Assembly (NCBI RefSeq): GCF_902652985.1
Contig: NC_047016.1
Coordinates: forward strand, 10,912,001 to 10,976,000
Source of the DNA: Pecten maximus
Lineage: Eukaryota
Direction of reading: 5' to 3'
DNA length: 64,000 bases
In this document: in pieces, positions 12,759 through 26,500 of the stretch
How the letters are laid out: each line of letters opens with the position of its first letter
Numbering within the stretch: position 1 is the stretch's first letter
The notes under the pieces: generated by a model
What the model saw: only the letters and a program-made list of their open reading frames with translations
Databases searched by the model: none
Told to the model about the DNA's origin: nothing
Made by a program: the position numbers and the translations under genes

Positions 12759-14009
12759 ACAATGTCGAATTAACTGATGTAAGTAAACGGGAGTCTTTCT
12801 AGTTCAGACTTATACGAAGGGAGACAACCCAAATAAGTCTTAAATTACTATACATGTTAGTATCCAGAAATGTAGAAACAAATATGTTACAGATTTAATA
12901 CTTGCACGTTAAAACAAAGATGTTACTGCTAATTCTTTTTGTCGTCTATAAAGGTAAATCGTGTGCGCATTGCCATCGTCGCGGGACTGTATTCGTGTAG
13001 GGAGTTATCATAGCTAGTCAGTCACGTATATACGTAGTTAGAATTGAGTGTTAGACTCCACACTACACTATTTCTAAATTACCTGAGCAGTGATGACTTA
13101 TATAAATGTTCACCTCTAATATGTCAGTATGTTAAGCGGGTGTCTATGTTCGCAATGTCTAGAGACAACAGTTAAACAGGAAGAACAAAACACAGTGATT
13201 TTTTTACTTTACTTATATTTTTATCCTTATCAAATATCAATAAGATGTGCTGCTTTATGTATTGGAGAGGAAAATACGTAAAAAAATAAATCCCAGATCA
13301 GGAACAGTTGTTTTATTGTTAATATCTAGGTAAAGAGGCTGTTATAATGACTAAGGGTTGGGGTGTATTTGTGGTTAAAACACAGAATAGGATTTCTTAT
13401 TGATACTGTATTTGACAGAAAATATCTGATTGATTTTTAAAAAAGTTGACAACGTGTATTGATTTATTTATTTTAAAAAATGTGGAAACATGTATTTATT
13501 GTTTAAGAAAAAATTGGCGGCATGTATTTATTGATTTAAAAACACGATAGGAAAATGCGTTAATGATTAAATAAACATGGTAGTAACATGCGTTTATGAT
13601 AAAATATTTACATTCTGTGTTGCATTTGCCTATATGTCGTTAGTAAACCAAATCGTATTCATGAGACTGTATACTACAATTTACAGTGATTCGGTCAGTG
13701 TAGGAATACAGCTCCAGGTGTTGTAGGTTAAAACAATGGCCCCAGTTACATTCGGCCTAGAGAGCTTTCGAATGATTGCATTTATCTACATAAACCACAA
13801 CAAAAATAAAGCAACGCAAGTTCTGGGAGTAAAATTTAATGATTATAAAAAAAATGAAGTCGACACAAAATTAATATAAGCGCTATTCTTGATCTAGAAC
13901 TCTATACGAAGTAATCAAATTGCCAATGCCGTCACACACATGGGGGCTCGCTGCCGAATTTTCAGAAATACTAAACACGACACCATTAAAAAATTGCGAA
14001 AAAATCGGC

Positions 14010-14134
14010 GGTATCGACATGGTTTCCGGTTGTGTATGCATACTGATTTATAGTTAAGTGGTTATTCACTGATGTCAAAGGCCTACCTTACTCCAAAATC
14101 GAGCCCCTGTGAAGTTGAACATCATCTGCTAGGT
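14010..14134. repeat. Dispersed repeat end, second copy at ~25995-26114
   Basis: Shared block gtatcgacatg..ttccggttg..ggcctacctta..atcgagcccctgtgaagttgaacatcatctgctaggt. Confidence 0.7.
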
Positions 14135-14204
14135 CCTAAGATAGTGACACTGATGTGACGGGTTAGACTGGAATCGTTTTCGAAGGAAATGTTTTGAATG
14201 TTTC

Positions 14205-15270
14205 GATCGGAGTTCATGACGCCTCTCCTTATGTTTTGGTGGGAGTTCATTACGCCTCTCCTTATGTTTTGGCGGGAGTTCACGACGTCTGTCTTTATGT
14301 TTTGGTGGGAGTTCACGACACCTAGCTCTCCTTATGTTTTGGCGGGAGTTCAAGACGGCTCTCCTTATGTTTTGGCGGAAGTTCACGACGGCTCTCCTTA
14401 TGTTTTGGCGGGAGTTCAAGACGTCTTTCCTTATGTTTTGGTGGGAGTTCACGACGTCTTTCCTTATGTTTTGGTGGGAGGTCACGACGGCTCTCCTTAT
14501 GTTTTGGTGGGAGGTCACGACGTCTCTCCTCATGTTTTGGTGGGAGGTCACGACGGCTCTCCTCATGTTTTGGTGGGAGTTCACGACGCCTCACCTCATG
14601 TTTTGGTGGGAGTTCACGACGTCTCTCCTTATGTTTTGGCGGGAGTTCACGACGGCTCTCCTTATGTTTTGGCGGGAGTTCACGACACCTCTCCTTATGT
14701 TTTGGTGGGAGGTCACGACGGCTCTCCTCATGTTTTGGTGGGAGGTCACGACGGCTCTCCTCATGTTTTGGTGGGAGTTCACGACGCCTCACCTCATGTT
14801 TTGGTGGGAGTTCACGACGTCTCTCCTTATGTTTTGGTGGGAGTTCACGACGCCTCTCCATATGTTTTAGTGGGAGTTCACGACGCCTCTCCTTATGTTT
14901 TGGTGGGAGTTCACGACGCCTCTCCTTATGTTTTGGTGGGAGTTCACGACGCCTCTCCTTATGTTTTGGTGGGAGTTCACGACACCTCTCCTTATGTTTT
15001 GGTGGGAGGTCACGACGGCTCTCCTTATGTTTTGGCGGGAGTTCATGACGTCTCTCCTTATGTTTTGGTGGGAGTTCACGACGCCTCTCCTTATGTTTTG
15101 GCGGGAGTTCACGACGACTCTCCTCATGTTTTGGTGGGAGTTCACGACGCCTCTCCTTATGTTTTGGTGGGAGGTCACGACGTCTCTACTTATGTTTTGG
15201 CGGGAGTTCACGACACCTCTCCTTATGTTTTGGCGGGAGTTCACGACGTCTTTCTTTTTGTTTTGGTGGA
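14205..15270. repeat. 33-bp minisatellite (~32 units)
   Basis: Unit tctccttatgttttggtgggagttcacgacgcc; source of the 11-aa periodic ORFs. Confidence 0.95.
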
Positions 15271-15830
15271 AGTTTTACTGCGTCGTATTAGATATGAGTA
15301 GGGGTAGTGGTCAGAATAGTATTGTATGTTTGTTAATAACCATTTCATTTGTATTTATGTACTGTAAATGTTCATCGTAGAAAGGCCATTAAGTGATTTT
15401 ATCAAATCAATCAGAAATAGGAAGCCAAAAGTTTGTGCTTTGTGACAAGAGAATCAATCACTATTGTGTTTTACATGAAGCGTTTAAATATGTCTGAAGA
15501 TGTCGTTCTTGTCAATAATCAGTTATTTACGGAAAGTACATGTACTGTCCATGAGCTAATTATCTATGGCATACACATTTAATTGAATGAGTGGGCGGAT
15601 CTGTTTGACACGTACGCACCAGACGCCATTCCAGTCATTCAGTCCACCAATAAAATAATAGTGTTCTATGTTAATGATAATAGCAAATTCTGTTTTCTTC
15701 AGATCGAGTTTATTAATATTTTACTTTTACTATATTCAGAGCATGGAAAAGAAGTCTGTGTATATAAGGATCTTTAGTTACAAATTAGCTTAAGTTCAAT
15801 TACTGTACAATACAATGAGGCGTGAAGGCA

Positions 15831-16320
15831 GATTCATGCTAGGGCCTAAGTAATACTCCTCAGGCCAGCTACGTCTCTGATTCATGCTAGGGCCTAAGTA
15901 ATACTCCTCAGGCCAGCTACGTCTCTGATTCATGCTAGGGCCTAAGTAATACTCCTCAGGCCAGCTACGTCTCTGATTCATGCTAGGGCCTAAGTAATAC
16001 TCCTCAGGCCAGCTACGTCTCTGATTCAGGCTGCAACCTAAGTTAAACGAATATTGCTATGAGGTTTCGAAGCATACTGGTTAGGTCAACTACGTCTCTG
16101 ATTCATGCTGGGGCCTAAGTTATACTAGTAAGGCCAGCTACGTCTCTGATTCATGCTGGGGCCTAAGTTATACTAGTAAGGCCAGCTACGTCACTGATTC
16201 ATGCTGGGGCCTAAGTTATACTAGTAAGGCCAGCTACGTCACTGATTCATGTTCGGGTCTAAGTTATACTAGTAAGGCCAGCTACGTCACTGATTCATGT
16301 TCGGGTCTAAGTTATACGAA
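15831..16320. repeat. 48-bp minisatellite (~10 units)
   Basis: Unit gattcatgctagggcctaagtaatactcctcaggccagctacgtctct. Confidence 0.9.
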
Positions 16321-16654
16321 TGAGGTTTCGAGTATATTGCAAGTTCCGAGGCATACTCGTTAGACCAGCTACATCACTGATTCATTCAATGGATATTTCA
16401 TCTCGTCGAGACGAAACTTGTTTTTAGACCGTTAGACCAGCTACATCACTGATTCATTCAATGGATATTTCATCTCGTCGAGACGAAACTTTTTTTACCT
16501 TTCAGCACTCGTGTTATTTTCTCATTAAACCTCATATCATGTAAGTCTTTTGTACAATCCTTTCATAAAAGCGATACCATTTAGGCCAGCAATATGTTGA
16601 TGATATTTTGTAATCAGAAATACTTGTTTTTATTTTTTAGATCTCTGTGCAAAT

Positions 16655-19600
16655 ATGAGGAACACCATCGCAGCAGTTGTCCTTCTGGTATGTACGGCTC
16701 ATGTAAGGCCTGAGAAAATGAAATGCCAACCCCCTGAACAGCAATGGTCACGTGGTATCACCTTCCGTCGGTCTATTGCACGCGAGGAACTCAAATATGA
16801 TGGAAAGTACGAAAAAGAATGCGGACATCATCCGAATCAATATGATGAACGGAAACAAAAAGGTCAACAAGTAGGTAATAGACACCATAAAAAGGATGCA
16901 GAGAGGAAACAAGTCAAGCTTCAACTTCGGACACATCTGTATTCTTTCTGGCAACAAGTTTTTGACTTTCTACGAAATCAACATGGAGAACAAAGTGAAG
17001 ACAGAACAGAAAACATAGACAGAAAAGCAAAAAGATACAAAGATGATGATGAAAAAAGACAGTCAAAGGAACAGGTATAAGGCCAAAGCCCTGGATAAAG
17101 ATGATCAGCAAAACAACAGTAGAGAACGAAACAGATATGGAGGTCAGCAAAAGGAGGATCAAGAGAAAGGTGGGTACAGTGAGACGGATCCTGGCAGAGA
17201 GGGAAATGTGGACAGGAATAGAGATGGGGACATAGATAGAGATGGCGATAGAGATAGAGATGGCGATAGAGATAGAGATGGGGACAGGGATAGAGATGGG
17301 GACAGAGATAGAGATGGGGACAGGGATAGAGATGGGGACAGGGATAGAGATGGGGACAGAGATAGAGATGGGGACAGTGATAGAGATGGGGACAGGGATA
17401 GAGATGGGGACAGGGATAGAGATGGGGACAGGGATAGAGATAGGGACAGGGATAGAGATGGGGACAGGGATAGAGATGGAGACAGAGATAGAGATAGAGA
17501 TGGGGACAGGGATAGAGATGGGGACAGGGATAGAGATGGGGACAGAGATAGAGATAGAGATGGGGACAGGGATAGAGATGGGGACAGGGATAGAGATGGG
17601 GACAGGGATAGAGATGGGGACAGGGATAGAGATAGGGACAGAGATAGAGATGGGGACAGGGATAGAGATGGGGACAGAGATAGAGATGGAGACAGAGATA
17701 GAGATGGGGACAGGGATAGAGATGGGGACAGGGATAGAGATGGGGACAGAGATAGAGATGGGGACAGGGATAGAGATGGGGACAGAGATAGAGATGGGGA
17801 CAGGGATAGAGATAGGGACAGAGATAGAGATGGGGACAGGGATAGAGATGGGGACAGAGATAGAGATGGAGACAGAGATAGAGATGGGGACAGAGATAGA
17901 GATGGGGACAGGGATAGAGATGGGGACAGGGATAGAGATGGGGACAGGGATAGAGATGGGGACAGAGATAGAGATGGGGACAGAGATAGAGATGGGGACA
18001 GAGATAGAGATGGGGACAGGGATAGAGATGGGGACAGGGATAGAGATGGGGACAGAGATAGAGATGGGGACAGAGATAGAGATGGGGACAGAGATAGAGA
18101 TGGGGACAGGGATAGAGATGGGGACAGAGATAGAGATGGGGACAGAGATAGAGATGGGGACAGAGATAGAGATGGGGACAGGGATAGAGATGGGGACAGG
18201 GATAGAGATGGGGACAGGGATAGAGATGGGGACAGAGATAGAGATGGGGACAGGGATAGAGATGGGGACAGGGATAGAGATGGGGACAGGGATAGAGATG
18301 GGGACAGGGATAGAGATGGGGACAGAGATAGAGATGGGGACGGGGATAGAGATGATGACAGGGATAGAGATGGGGACAGGGATAGAGATGGGGACAGAGA
18401 TAGAGATGGGGACAGGGATAGAGATAGGGACAGGGATAGAGATGGGGACAGAGATAGAGATGGGGACAGAGATAGAGATGGGGACAGGGATAGAGATAGG
18501 GACAGGGATAGAGATGGGGACAGAGATAGAGATGATGACAGGGATAGAGATGGGGACAGGGATAGAGATGGGGACAGAGATAGAGATGGGGACAGGGATA
18601 GAGATGGGGACAGAGATAGAGATTGGGACAGGGATAGAGATGGGTTCAAGGATAGAGATGGAGACAGGATAGAGATGGGGACATAGATAGAGATGGGGAC
18701 AGAGATAGAGATGGGGACAGAGATAGAGATGGGGACAGGGATAGAGATGGGGACAGGGATAGAGATGGGGACATAGATAGAGATGGGGACAGAGATAGAG
18801 ATGGGGACAGAGATAGAGATGGGGACAGGGATAGAAATGGGGACAGAGATAGAGATGGGGACGGGATAGAGATGGGGACAGGGATAGAGATGGGGACAGT
18901 GATAGAGATGGGGACAGTGATAGAAATGGGGACAGGGATAGAGATGGGGACAGAGATAGAGATGGGGACAGAGATAGAGATGGGGACAGAGATAGAGATG
19001 GGGACAGGGATAGAGATGGGGACAGTGATAGAGATAGAGATGGGGACAGAGATAGAGATGGGGACAGAGATAGAGATGGGAACAGGGATAGAGATAGAGA
19101 TGGGGACAGAGATAGAGATGGGGACAGAGATAGAGATGGGGACAGGGATAGAGATGGGTTCAAGGATAGAGATGGGGACAGGATAGAGATGGGGACAGGA
19201 TAGAGATGGGGACAGGATAGAGATGGGGACAGGAATAGAGATGGGGACAGAGATAGAGATGGGGACAGGGATAGAGATGGGGACAGGGATAGAGATGGGG
19301 ACGGGATATAGATAGAGATGGGGACAGAGATAGAGATTGGGACAGAGATAGAGATGGGGACAGAGATAGAGATGGGACAGGGATAGAGATGGGGACAGAG
19401 ATAGAGATGGGGACAGGGATAGAGATGGGGACAGGGATAGAGATGGGACAGAGATAGAGATGGGGACAGTGATAGAGATGGGGACAGGGATAGAGATGGG
19501 GACAGGGATAGAGATGGGGACGGGATAGAGATGGGGACAGGGATAGAGATGGGGACAGGGATAGAGATGGGGACAGGGATAGAGATGGGGACAGAGATAG

Positions 19601-20737
19601 AGATGGGGACGGGATAGAGATAGAGATGGGGACAGGGATAGAGATGGGGACAGGGATAGAGATGGGGACGGGATAGAGATAGAGATGGGGACATCGATAG
19701 AGATGGGGACAGGAATAGAGATGGGGACAGAGATAGAGATGGGGACAGGGATAGAGATGGGGACAGAGATAGAGATGGGGACAGAGATAGAGATGGGGAC
19801 GGGATAGAGATGGGGACAGGAATAGAGATGGGGACAGAGATAGAGATGGGGACAGGGATAGAGATGGGGACAGAGATAGAGATGGGGACAGTGATAGAGA
19901 TGGGGACAGTGATAGAGATAGAGATGGGGACAGGGATAGAGATGGGGACAGAGATAGAGATTGGGACAGAGATAGAGATGGGGACAAGGATAGAGATAGG
20001 GACAGGGATAGAGATGGGGACAGGGATAGAGATGGGGACAGAGATAGAGATGGGGACAGAGATAGAGATGGGGACGGGATAGAGATGGGGACAGAGATAG
20101 AGATGGGGACAGGGATAGAGATGGGGACAGAGATAGATATGGGGACAGAGATAGAGATGGGGACGGGATAGAGATGGGGACAGGGATAGAGATGGGGACA
20201 GACAGAGATGGGGACAGAGATAGAGATGGGGACAGAGATAGAGATGGAGACGGGGATAGAGATTGGGACAGAGAAAGAGATAGGGACAGAGATAGAGATT
20301 GGGACAGAGATAGAGATGGGGACGGGGATAGAGATTGGGACAGAGATAGAGATGGGGACAGAGAAAGAGATGGAGACGGGGATAGAGATGGGGACAGAGA
20401 TAGAGATGGGGACAGAGATAGAGATGGGGACAGAGATAGAGATGGGGACAGAGAAAGAGATGGGGACAGGGATAGAGATGGAGACAGGGATAGAGATGGG
20501 GACAGAGATAGAGATGGGGACAGGGATAGAGATGGGGACAGAGATAGAGATGGGGACAGAGATAGAGATGAGGACAGAGATAGAGATGGAGACAGGGATA
20601 GAGATGGGGACAGAGATAGAGATGGGGACAGTGATAGAGATGGAGATGGAGATAGAGATGGGGACAGAGATAGAGATGGGGACAGGGATAGAGATGGGGA
20701 CAGAGATAGAGATGGGGACAGGGATAGATACATGTAG
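16655..20737 (+). CDS. Putative secreted Asp/Arg/Gly-repeat protein; frameshifted as assembled (possible pseudogene or assembly indels)
   Basis: Strong acceptor tttttattttttag ending at 16640. ATG 16655 gives a signal-like [17 protein letters not shown] followed by a unique charged region. Removing one A from the A6 run at 17052-17057 joins ORF 16655-17080 to ORF 17043-18686, which grades into (DRDRDG)n. Confidence 0.45.
17211..20730. repeat. 18-bp purine-rich tandem array (~3.5 kb)
   Basis: Unit gatagagatggggacag(g/a), with 24-bp variants and, after ~18660, 17-bp variants. Confidence 0.97.
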
Positions 20738-21464
20738 CTTTCCAATATTTAAGTACCTGTAGCTGTCCAATAAGTTACCTATACAGGTAACCACCCTAAT
20801 GAGATTCTTCCAGTATGTTAACTGCAGGCGTCCATAAACGTATCTATCGTTGTCCAATAATTGTGTACGTTTTGGATATCTTACAGAGAACATATTGGAC
20901 AGTTGAAATTTCGAACTTGTTATAACGGGTAATACTGTATACAGGAAGCACTATCGTCAATGGATATGGCATTCAAACACAGAATAATGTGAGAATAAAC
21001 ATGTTGTAACTGTCAAGTTCCCAGCAAATTACTAGTATGATATTCGACAAATAAGAAATATGACACCATGAACACTCCTTTTAGCAAGAATTTCTAAACG
21101 TATCAAACTCAACAATGAGAGACAAATTTCCGGCATTAAATCCAATTTCCTGTCAAATCATACCTTAGGCAATTAACATTTTGGAGTTACTGCTGAAATG
21201 TCCTTGTTTTGACAATTTTGTGTGGTTTCCTGCATTTCGTCCTCTGATAAATATAATCACATCAATATAATATCATTCTCCATTGGGAGATAACTGTTTA
21301 CAACAAATCAATCACATCCATCCGAATTAAGTCCATTTTAATAACGGTGTCCAAATAATTGTGAACAATTGTGTTAGGAACAAATACATCAACACTGATG
21401 GACGGCCTTGTTACGAAACGGTAGTAAGGTATCAAATACATCCGTACTAATAGACACATGTGAC

Positions 21465-22920
21465 ATATTGGACAGAAACATGTAACTTATTGGACAGACA
21501 CATGTAACTTATTGGACAGACACATGTAACTTATTGGACAGATACAGGTAACTTATTGGACAGATACATGTAACTTATTGGACAGACACATGTAACTTAT
21601 TGGACAGACACATGTAACTTATTGGACAGACACAGGTAACTTATTGGACAGATACAGGTAACTTATTGGACAGATACAGGTAACTTATTGGACAGATACA
21701 TGTAACTTATTGGACAGACACATGTAACTTATTGGACAGACCCATGTAACTTATTGGACAGATACATGTAACTTATTGGACAGATGCATGTAAATTATTG
21801 GACAGATACATGTAACTTATTGGACAGATACATGTAACTTATTGGACAGATACATGTAACTTATTGGACAGATACATGTAACTTATTGGACAGATACATT
21901 AACTTATTGGACAGACACATGTAACTTATTGGACAGATACATGTAACTTATTGGACAGACACAGGTAACTTATTGGACAGATACAGGTAACTTATTGGAC
22001 AGATACATGTAACTTATTGGACAGATACATGTAACTTATTGGACAGATACATGTAACTTATTGGACAGATCCATGTAACTTATTGGACAGACACATGTAA
22101 CTTATTGGACAGACACATGTAACTTATTGGACAGATACATATAACTTATTGGACAGATACAGGTAACTTATTGCACAGATACATGTAACTTATTGGACAG
22201 ATACATGTAACTTATTGGACAGACACATGTAACTTATTGGACAGATACATGTACATGTAACTTATCGGACAGATACATGTACATGTAACTTATTGGACAG
22301 ATACATGTAACTTATTGGACAGATACATGTAACTTATTGGACAGATACATGTAACTTATTGGATAGACACATGTAACTTATTGGACAGATACATGTAACT
22401 TATTGGACAGATACATGTAACTTATCGGACAGATACATGTTACTTATTGGACAGATACAGGTAACTTATTGGACAGATACATGTAACTTATTGGACAGAT
22501 ACATGTAACTTATTGGACAGACACATGTAACTTATTGGACAGATACATGTAACTTATTGGACAGATACATGTAACTTATCGGACAGATACATGTAACTTA
22601 TCGGACAGATACATGTACATGTAACTTATTGGACAGATACATGTAACTTATTGGACAGATACATGTAACTTATTGGACAGATACATGTAACTTATTGGAC
22701 AGATACATGTAACTTATTGGACAGATACATGTAACTTATCGGACAGATACATGTAACTTATTGGACAGATACATGTAACTTATTGGACAGATACATGTAA
22801 CTTATTGGACAGATACATGTATCTTTTTGGACAGATACAGGTAACTTATTGGACAGACACATGTAACTTATTGGGTAGATACAGGTTACTTATGGAACGG
22901 CTACAGATAACTTATTGAGA
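21465..22920. repeat. 22-bp minisatellite (~65 units)
   Basis: Unit ttattggacagatacatgtaac; inverted monomers occur at 20764-20785 and ~20851. Confidence 0.95.
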
Positions 22921-22924
22921 AGAT

Positions 22925-23122
22925 TGATGCCGACTTTATAGTGCTACCTCACTGAAATATTCCGCCAAAGAAAGCAGGCAGTACAACTCACCCGGTCACA
23001 CCATATTGACAATTGCTGAGCGTTAAGCAGGAGTACAGTAATTACCATTTTAGAGATCATGTTATGTCTCGACCACTGGGTAGTACCCAAAGTAATCCTT
23101 ACCAAGGTGAACGCTTAACTAC
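22925..23122 (-). mobile_element. Degenerate tRNA-derived SINE, Meta/MESC-like core
   Basis: Minus strand has an A-box-like gtagttaagcgttc, then ggtcgagaca..aaaatggtaattactgtactcctgcttaacgctcagca..tgtgaccgggtg..tcagtgaggtagcactataaagt, resembling the Meta/MESC domain as recalled. Confidence 0.55.
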
Positions 23123-23394
23123 AACATATTTTCATTTACACTACAGCCCCAATATATAACTTTATCAAGCTCAAATTGAAGGTTACGAGTCCGTAACTTC
23201 AAAATCTTTATTATGACGTCATTCTTATAGTGACGTCATAATTGTCACGTCGGCGATAGCGAAAGATGGCTGTTGAAAAGGCTGTTTCGTCTTTGACGAT
23301 AATAATTTGTTCATTCATCATCGGACCAAAATTCCTGGATATAGTCTTTAAAAATCGTTGTCAAATGTAAATATAAGCTTTGAATTGCTTTCAT

Positions 23395-23512
23395 TTGGAT
23401 GTTATGGGCTGATGAATTCCAACTGGACAGAGGCAAATTCAACAAGAAGCGCTAGCGCGCTTCATTAAATTTGCCTTTGTCCAGTTGGCATTCATCAGCC
23501 CATAACTTCCAA
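23395..23512. repeat. Long inverted repeat/hairpin (~45-bp arms), probably part of a non-autonomous DNA element
   Basis: ttggatgttatgggctgatgaattccaactggacagaggcaaatt pairs with aatttgcctttgtccagttggcattcatcagcccataacttccaa. Confidence 0.8.
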
Positions 23513-26500
23513 GCTGTATTTTTCCCCACACATTTTCATCTTCGTACAGTCAGACATACTTTTGTTACAGAATTTTAAATGCAAAAGTGATTTGAAGTGA
23601 TATTGAAAATAAACTCCTTTTTTGTTTGTTATCAGATTTGGGTACTAACTACTGTACTTTTTTCACAAAATTAGAAGTAAAAATGAGCAGAGACTGACGT
23701 TAATACCGAAACAAATACATTTTTGATAGTGAACAATACGATAAAATTCATATTGATATTCAACATCAATAAAATCAGCGCATATTGAAAACCGCCGAGA
23801 AAAGTATTTTTCGGTCGAGAGTAAAATGTCCTTGCGGTTTCATTTCAGTTTTCGTAACATTACTTCCGGTTGTGATTTTGATTGAGCAATGATATTCTGC
23901 TGACTCTGCCATTTGTTATACGGAACATATACATGTACGTGTATAATTCCAGGTGAACTGTACAGATAGCTGTGCTATCACTGCATAGCAGAATATAATG
24001 TTTAGATCGATTTACCACCCAGATACTGTTCTGTGATACAGATCTCTGTTACTGGGAGACTAGAAATATCATTGTGGGGTGATACGTAGATACATTTGTA
24101 GATCTACGGAAACGATCAGTTGTAGACGCTATTGAAAATATCGTAATCGAAGACAGTGATACAGAAAAACGCAAAAAAAAATGGAAATATCTTTAATGAC
24201 GCTACACGACGCTAATGACGATACACTATGTCCGGCAAAATTAAAATCCTTCGATATAAGGCGCACGACTTATCAATCAGCCCTCGTAGTACTCGATACA
24301 ATGCCAGATTTACATAGGGTTGAGGTCATTAGGCCTTCCGTTTCAACCTCGATTTCCAAATTGATATATGATAATGATCCACCAGTCCTGTTGTTAATAC
24401 GTTCCATGATCGATCTAAAAGGGGGGAAATTGCAATAAACATTCATAAATGAATCATGCTTTCATCTAACAATTAACGGGCGCCATGAAAATGTATCTGT
24501 CACCCAGGTTTAATTTATATTGACAATAAATATAATCTACCAAACGTTTAATTGTTATATTAACATTTAATGATGTTAAACTCTACCTTTTTAAATAAAT
24601 ACGTTCTTTATTTTTATCCATTTCATGTTATTTCCATGTTTTTTTGAAATAATGGCATTTTTTAATCAACTTCCTTTTCAAAGCCTTGTCGTGACGAAGA
24701 TCAACATAGCGCCAAAATGACGTCATAGTAACGTAATAGTATTGTTCTCAAGCATAATCCTCTTTGCATTTGATTTTTCATTCGTAGTGCATAACGAAGC
24801 ACTTTCATGAAGCTGATCAAAATGACGTAACAATCACGTCATGTAATATTGACTGTATCTATACGCTCATAGATGCAATTCAGATTAACATTGAGGAAAT
24901 GGGAGAATATGGTTACAAATGAAAAATATTTCATAAACAATAAAATATTGAATCATTCCGCATTGGAGCTGTTAAATGCGTTGTTGTGTTAATTTCTGGT
25001 TTTGAAGAAGATCGAAAACAAAATCTGCATATTGATACCAAAACAAAAACAAAAATGAAAGAACAATCAGCAGCATGCTACGGGTAAAGTTACTATTAGT
25101 TATTTTTTTGAATTTTTTAACTTGATGAATAGATTAAATTCAGTATGGAACCTTAATATTTCGACTAATATAACTTGAAAGTTCTAGTTTGTGGTCATCT
25201 GTTACCGCATAATACTTGACTCAAAACCATATTATATATTACTACTTAATACTTTCACAATAGCTTTAATAAAATAATTTATTTATATATTTTCAAGATT
25301 TTGATACCTGCGCTCCTGTGACTGTTTCTAAACAAAAAAGCTGAACCAAAGGTATATTTTCTATGTTCATTAATCGTTATCATATTTCATGTATAAAGGA
25401 TATCTAACAGTGTCTTCAGTAATACCAAATATATTTTACGAGTATGGCTAATATTTTGATATTTTTTCACGAGTGCGTAGCACGATGTTTATTACATTAT
25501 ATTTACATCTCTCCCTTCTTCAGCTTACTAAACTCTGACTGTGTTAAAATTACTATGAAGCAATGGATAATGGCTTAATAAGCGCGGGAATCGGTAACTT
25601 AATAATGACGTTGTCTCTTTGTGACGTTACCGGAACGTCAACTAGACGGCACCATTTTCAAAGGACTGATCTACACAGTTTTAGCGTTTTTTCTTGTTAC
25701 CCGATGATCTCTGTACAAAAAGCTAATGTCACGTGAGTGTTTTTGTCAAAAACTAAACTGAAGATTGCGGAAATGAGTGAATATTTAACTTCTCCGCGAG
25801 GTGAGCTAACAAAAAAATGGCTGAATTACAGTTCCTAAAGAACATTCGACCACGTCACTAATATATAGAGAATACATGGTCAGTGTTTTAAAATATAAGC
25901 TGTATTTTGGTGATGTTAAAGAAAGACAAAAGTGGCGAGCCTTGAACATTAAAAGTCCAGTATTTATAAGAAAAAATCTTGTGAAAATTCGGGTGTATCG
26001 ACATGATTTCCGGTTGCGCATGTAAACGGGATTTTAGTTTTGTAGTTATCTACTGATGTCAGAGGCCTACCTTACAGAATCGAGCCCCTGTGAAGTTGAA
26101 CATCATCTGCTAGGTTAGACGACATTCATCTAGAATTTAAGAGCTGATATTCTTCTGAAAATAACGTAAATAGTCGATAGAAAAATAAGTGTTTCCGAGG
26201 AATCGAGTCTGTCCTGTGCAGTACCCGTTCAACGCCACATCCCTTCTAAATGTTAACCGTATATAATTGCGCCGAAAAACGGCTTTGGTTTTAAACGATC
26301 AGAATCTATGTAAACAATTTGACGATATCTACAGACGAATATGAAATATAGAATAAAGTAATTTGTGCAAAAACATTTTATGTGTTTACTATTAATAACG
26401 AAATGAGGGACTATATTATTCCTTCTGAAAATTTTGGCTGTTCCGGAATTTGAGCTTGATGACGTCAGTGATAGGTTAAGCGGCAAATTTAAACGCGTCA

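Noticed and set aside
14122-15380. Long ORFs in several frames (up to 367 aa)
   Set aside because: They are translations of a 33-bp minisatellite on both strands, with no unique coding flank or splice support.
16914-20893. Minus-strand 500-900-aa (SP/SL/PI)-rich ORFs
   Set aside because: Antisense readings of the 18-bp array; only the plus-strand DR frame has unique upstream coding context.
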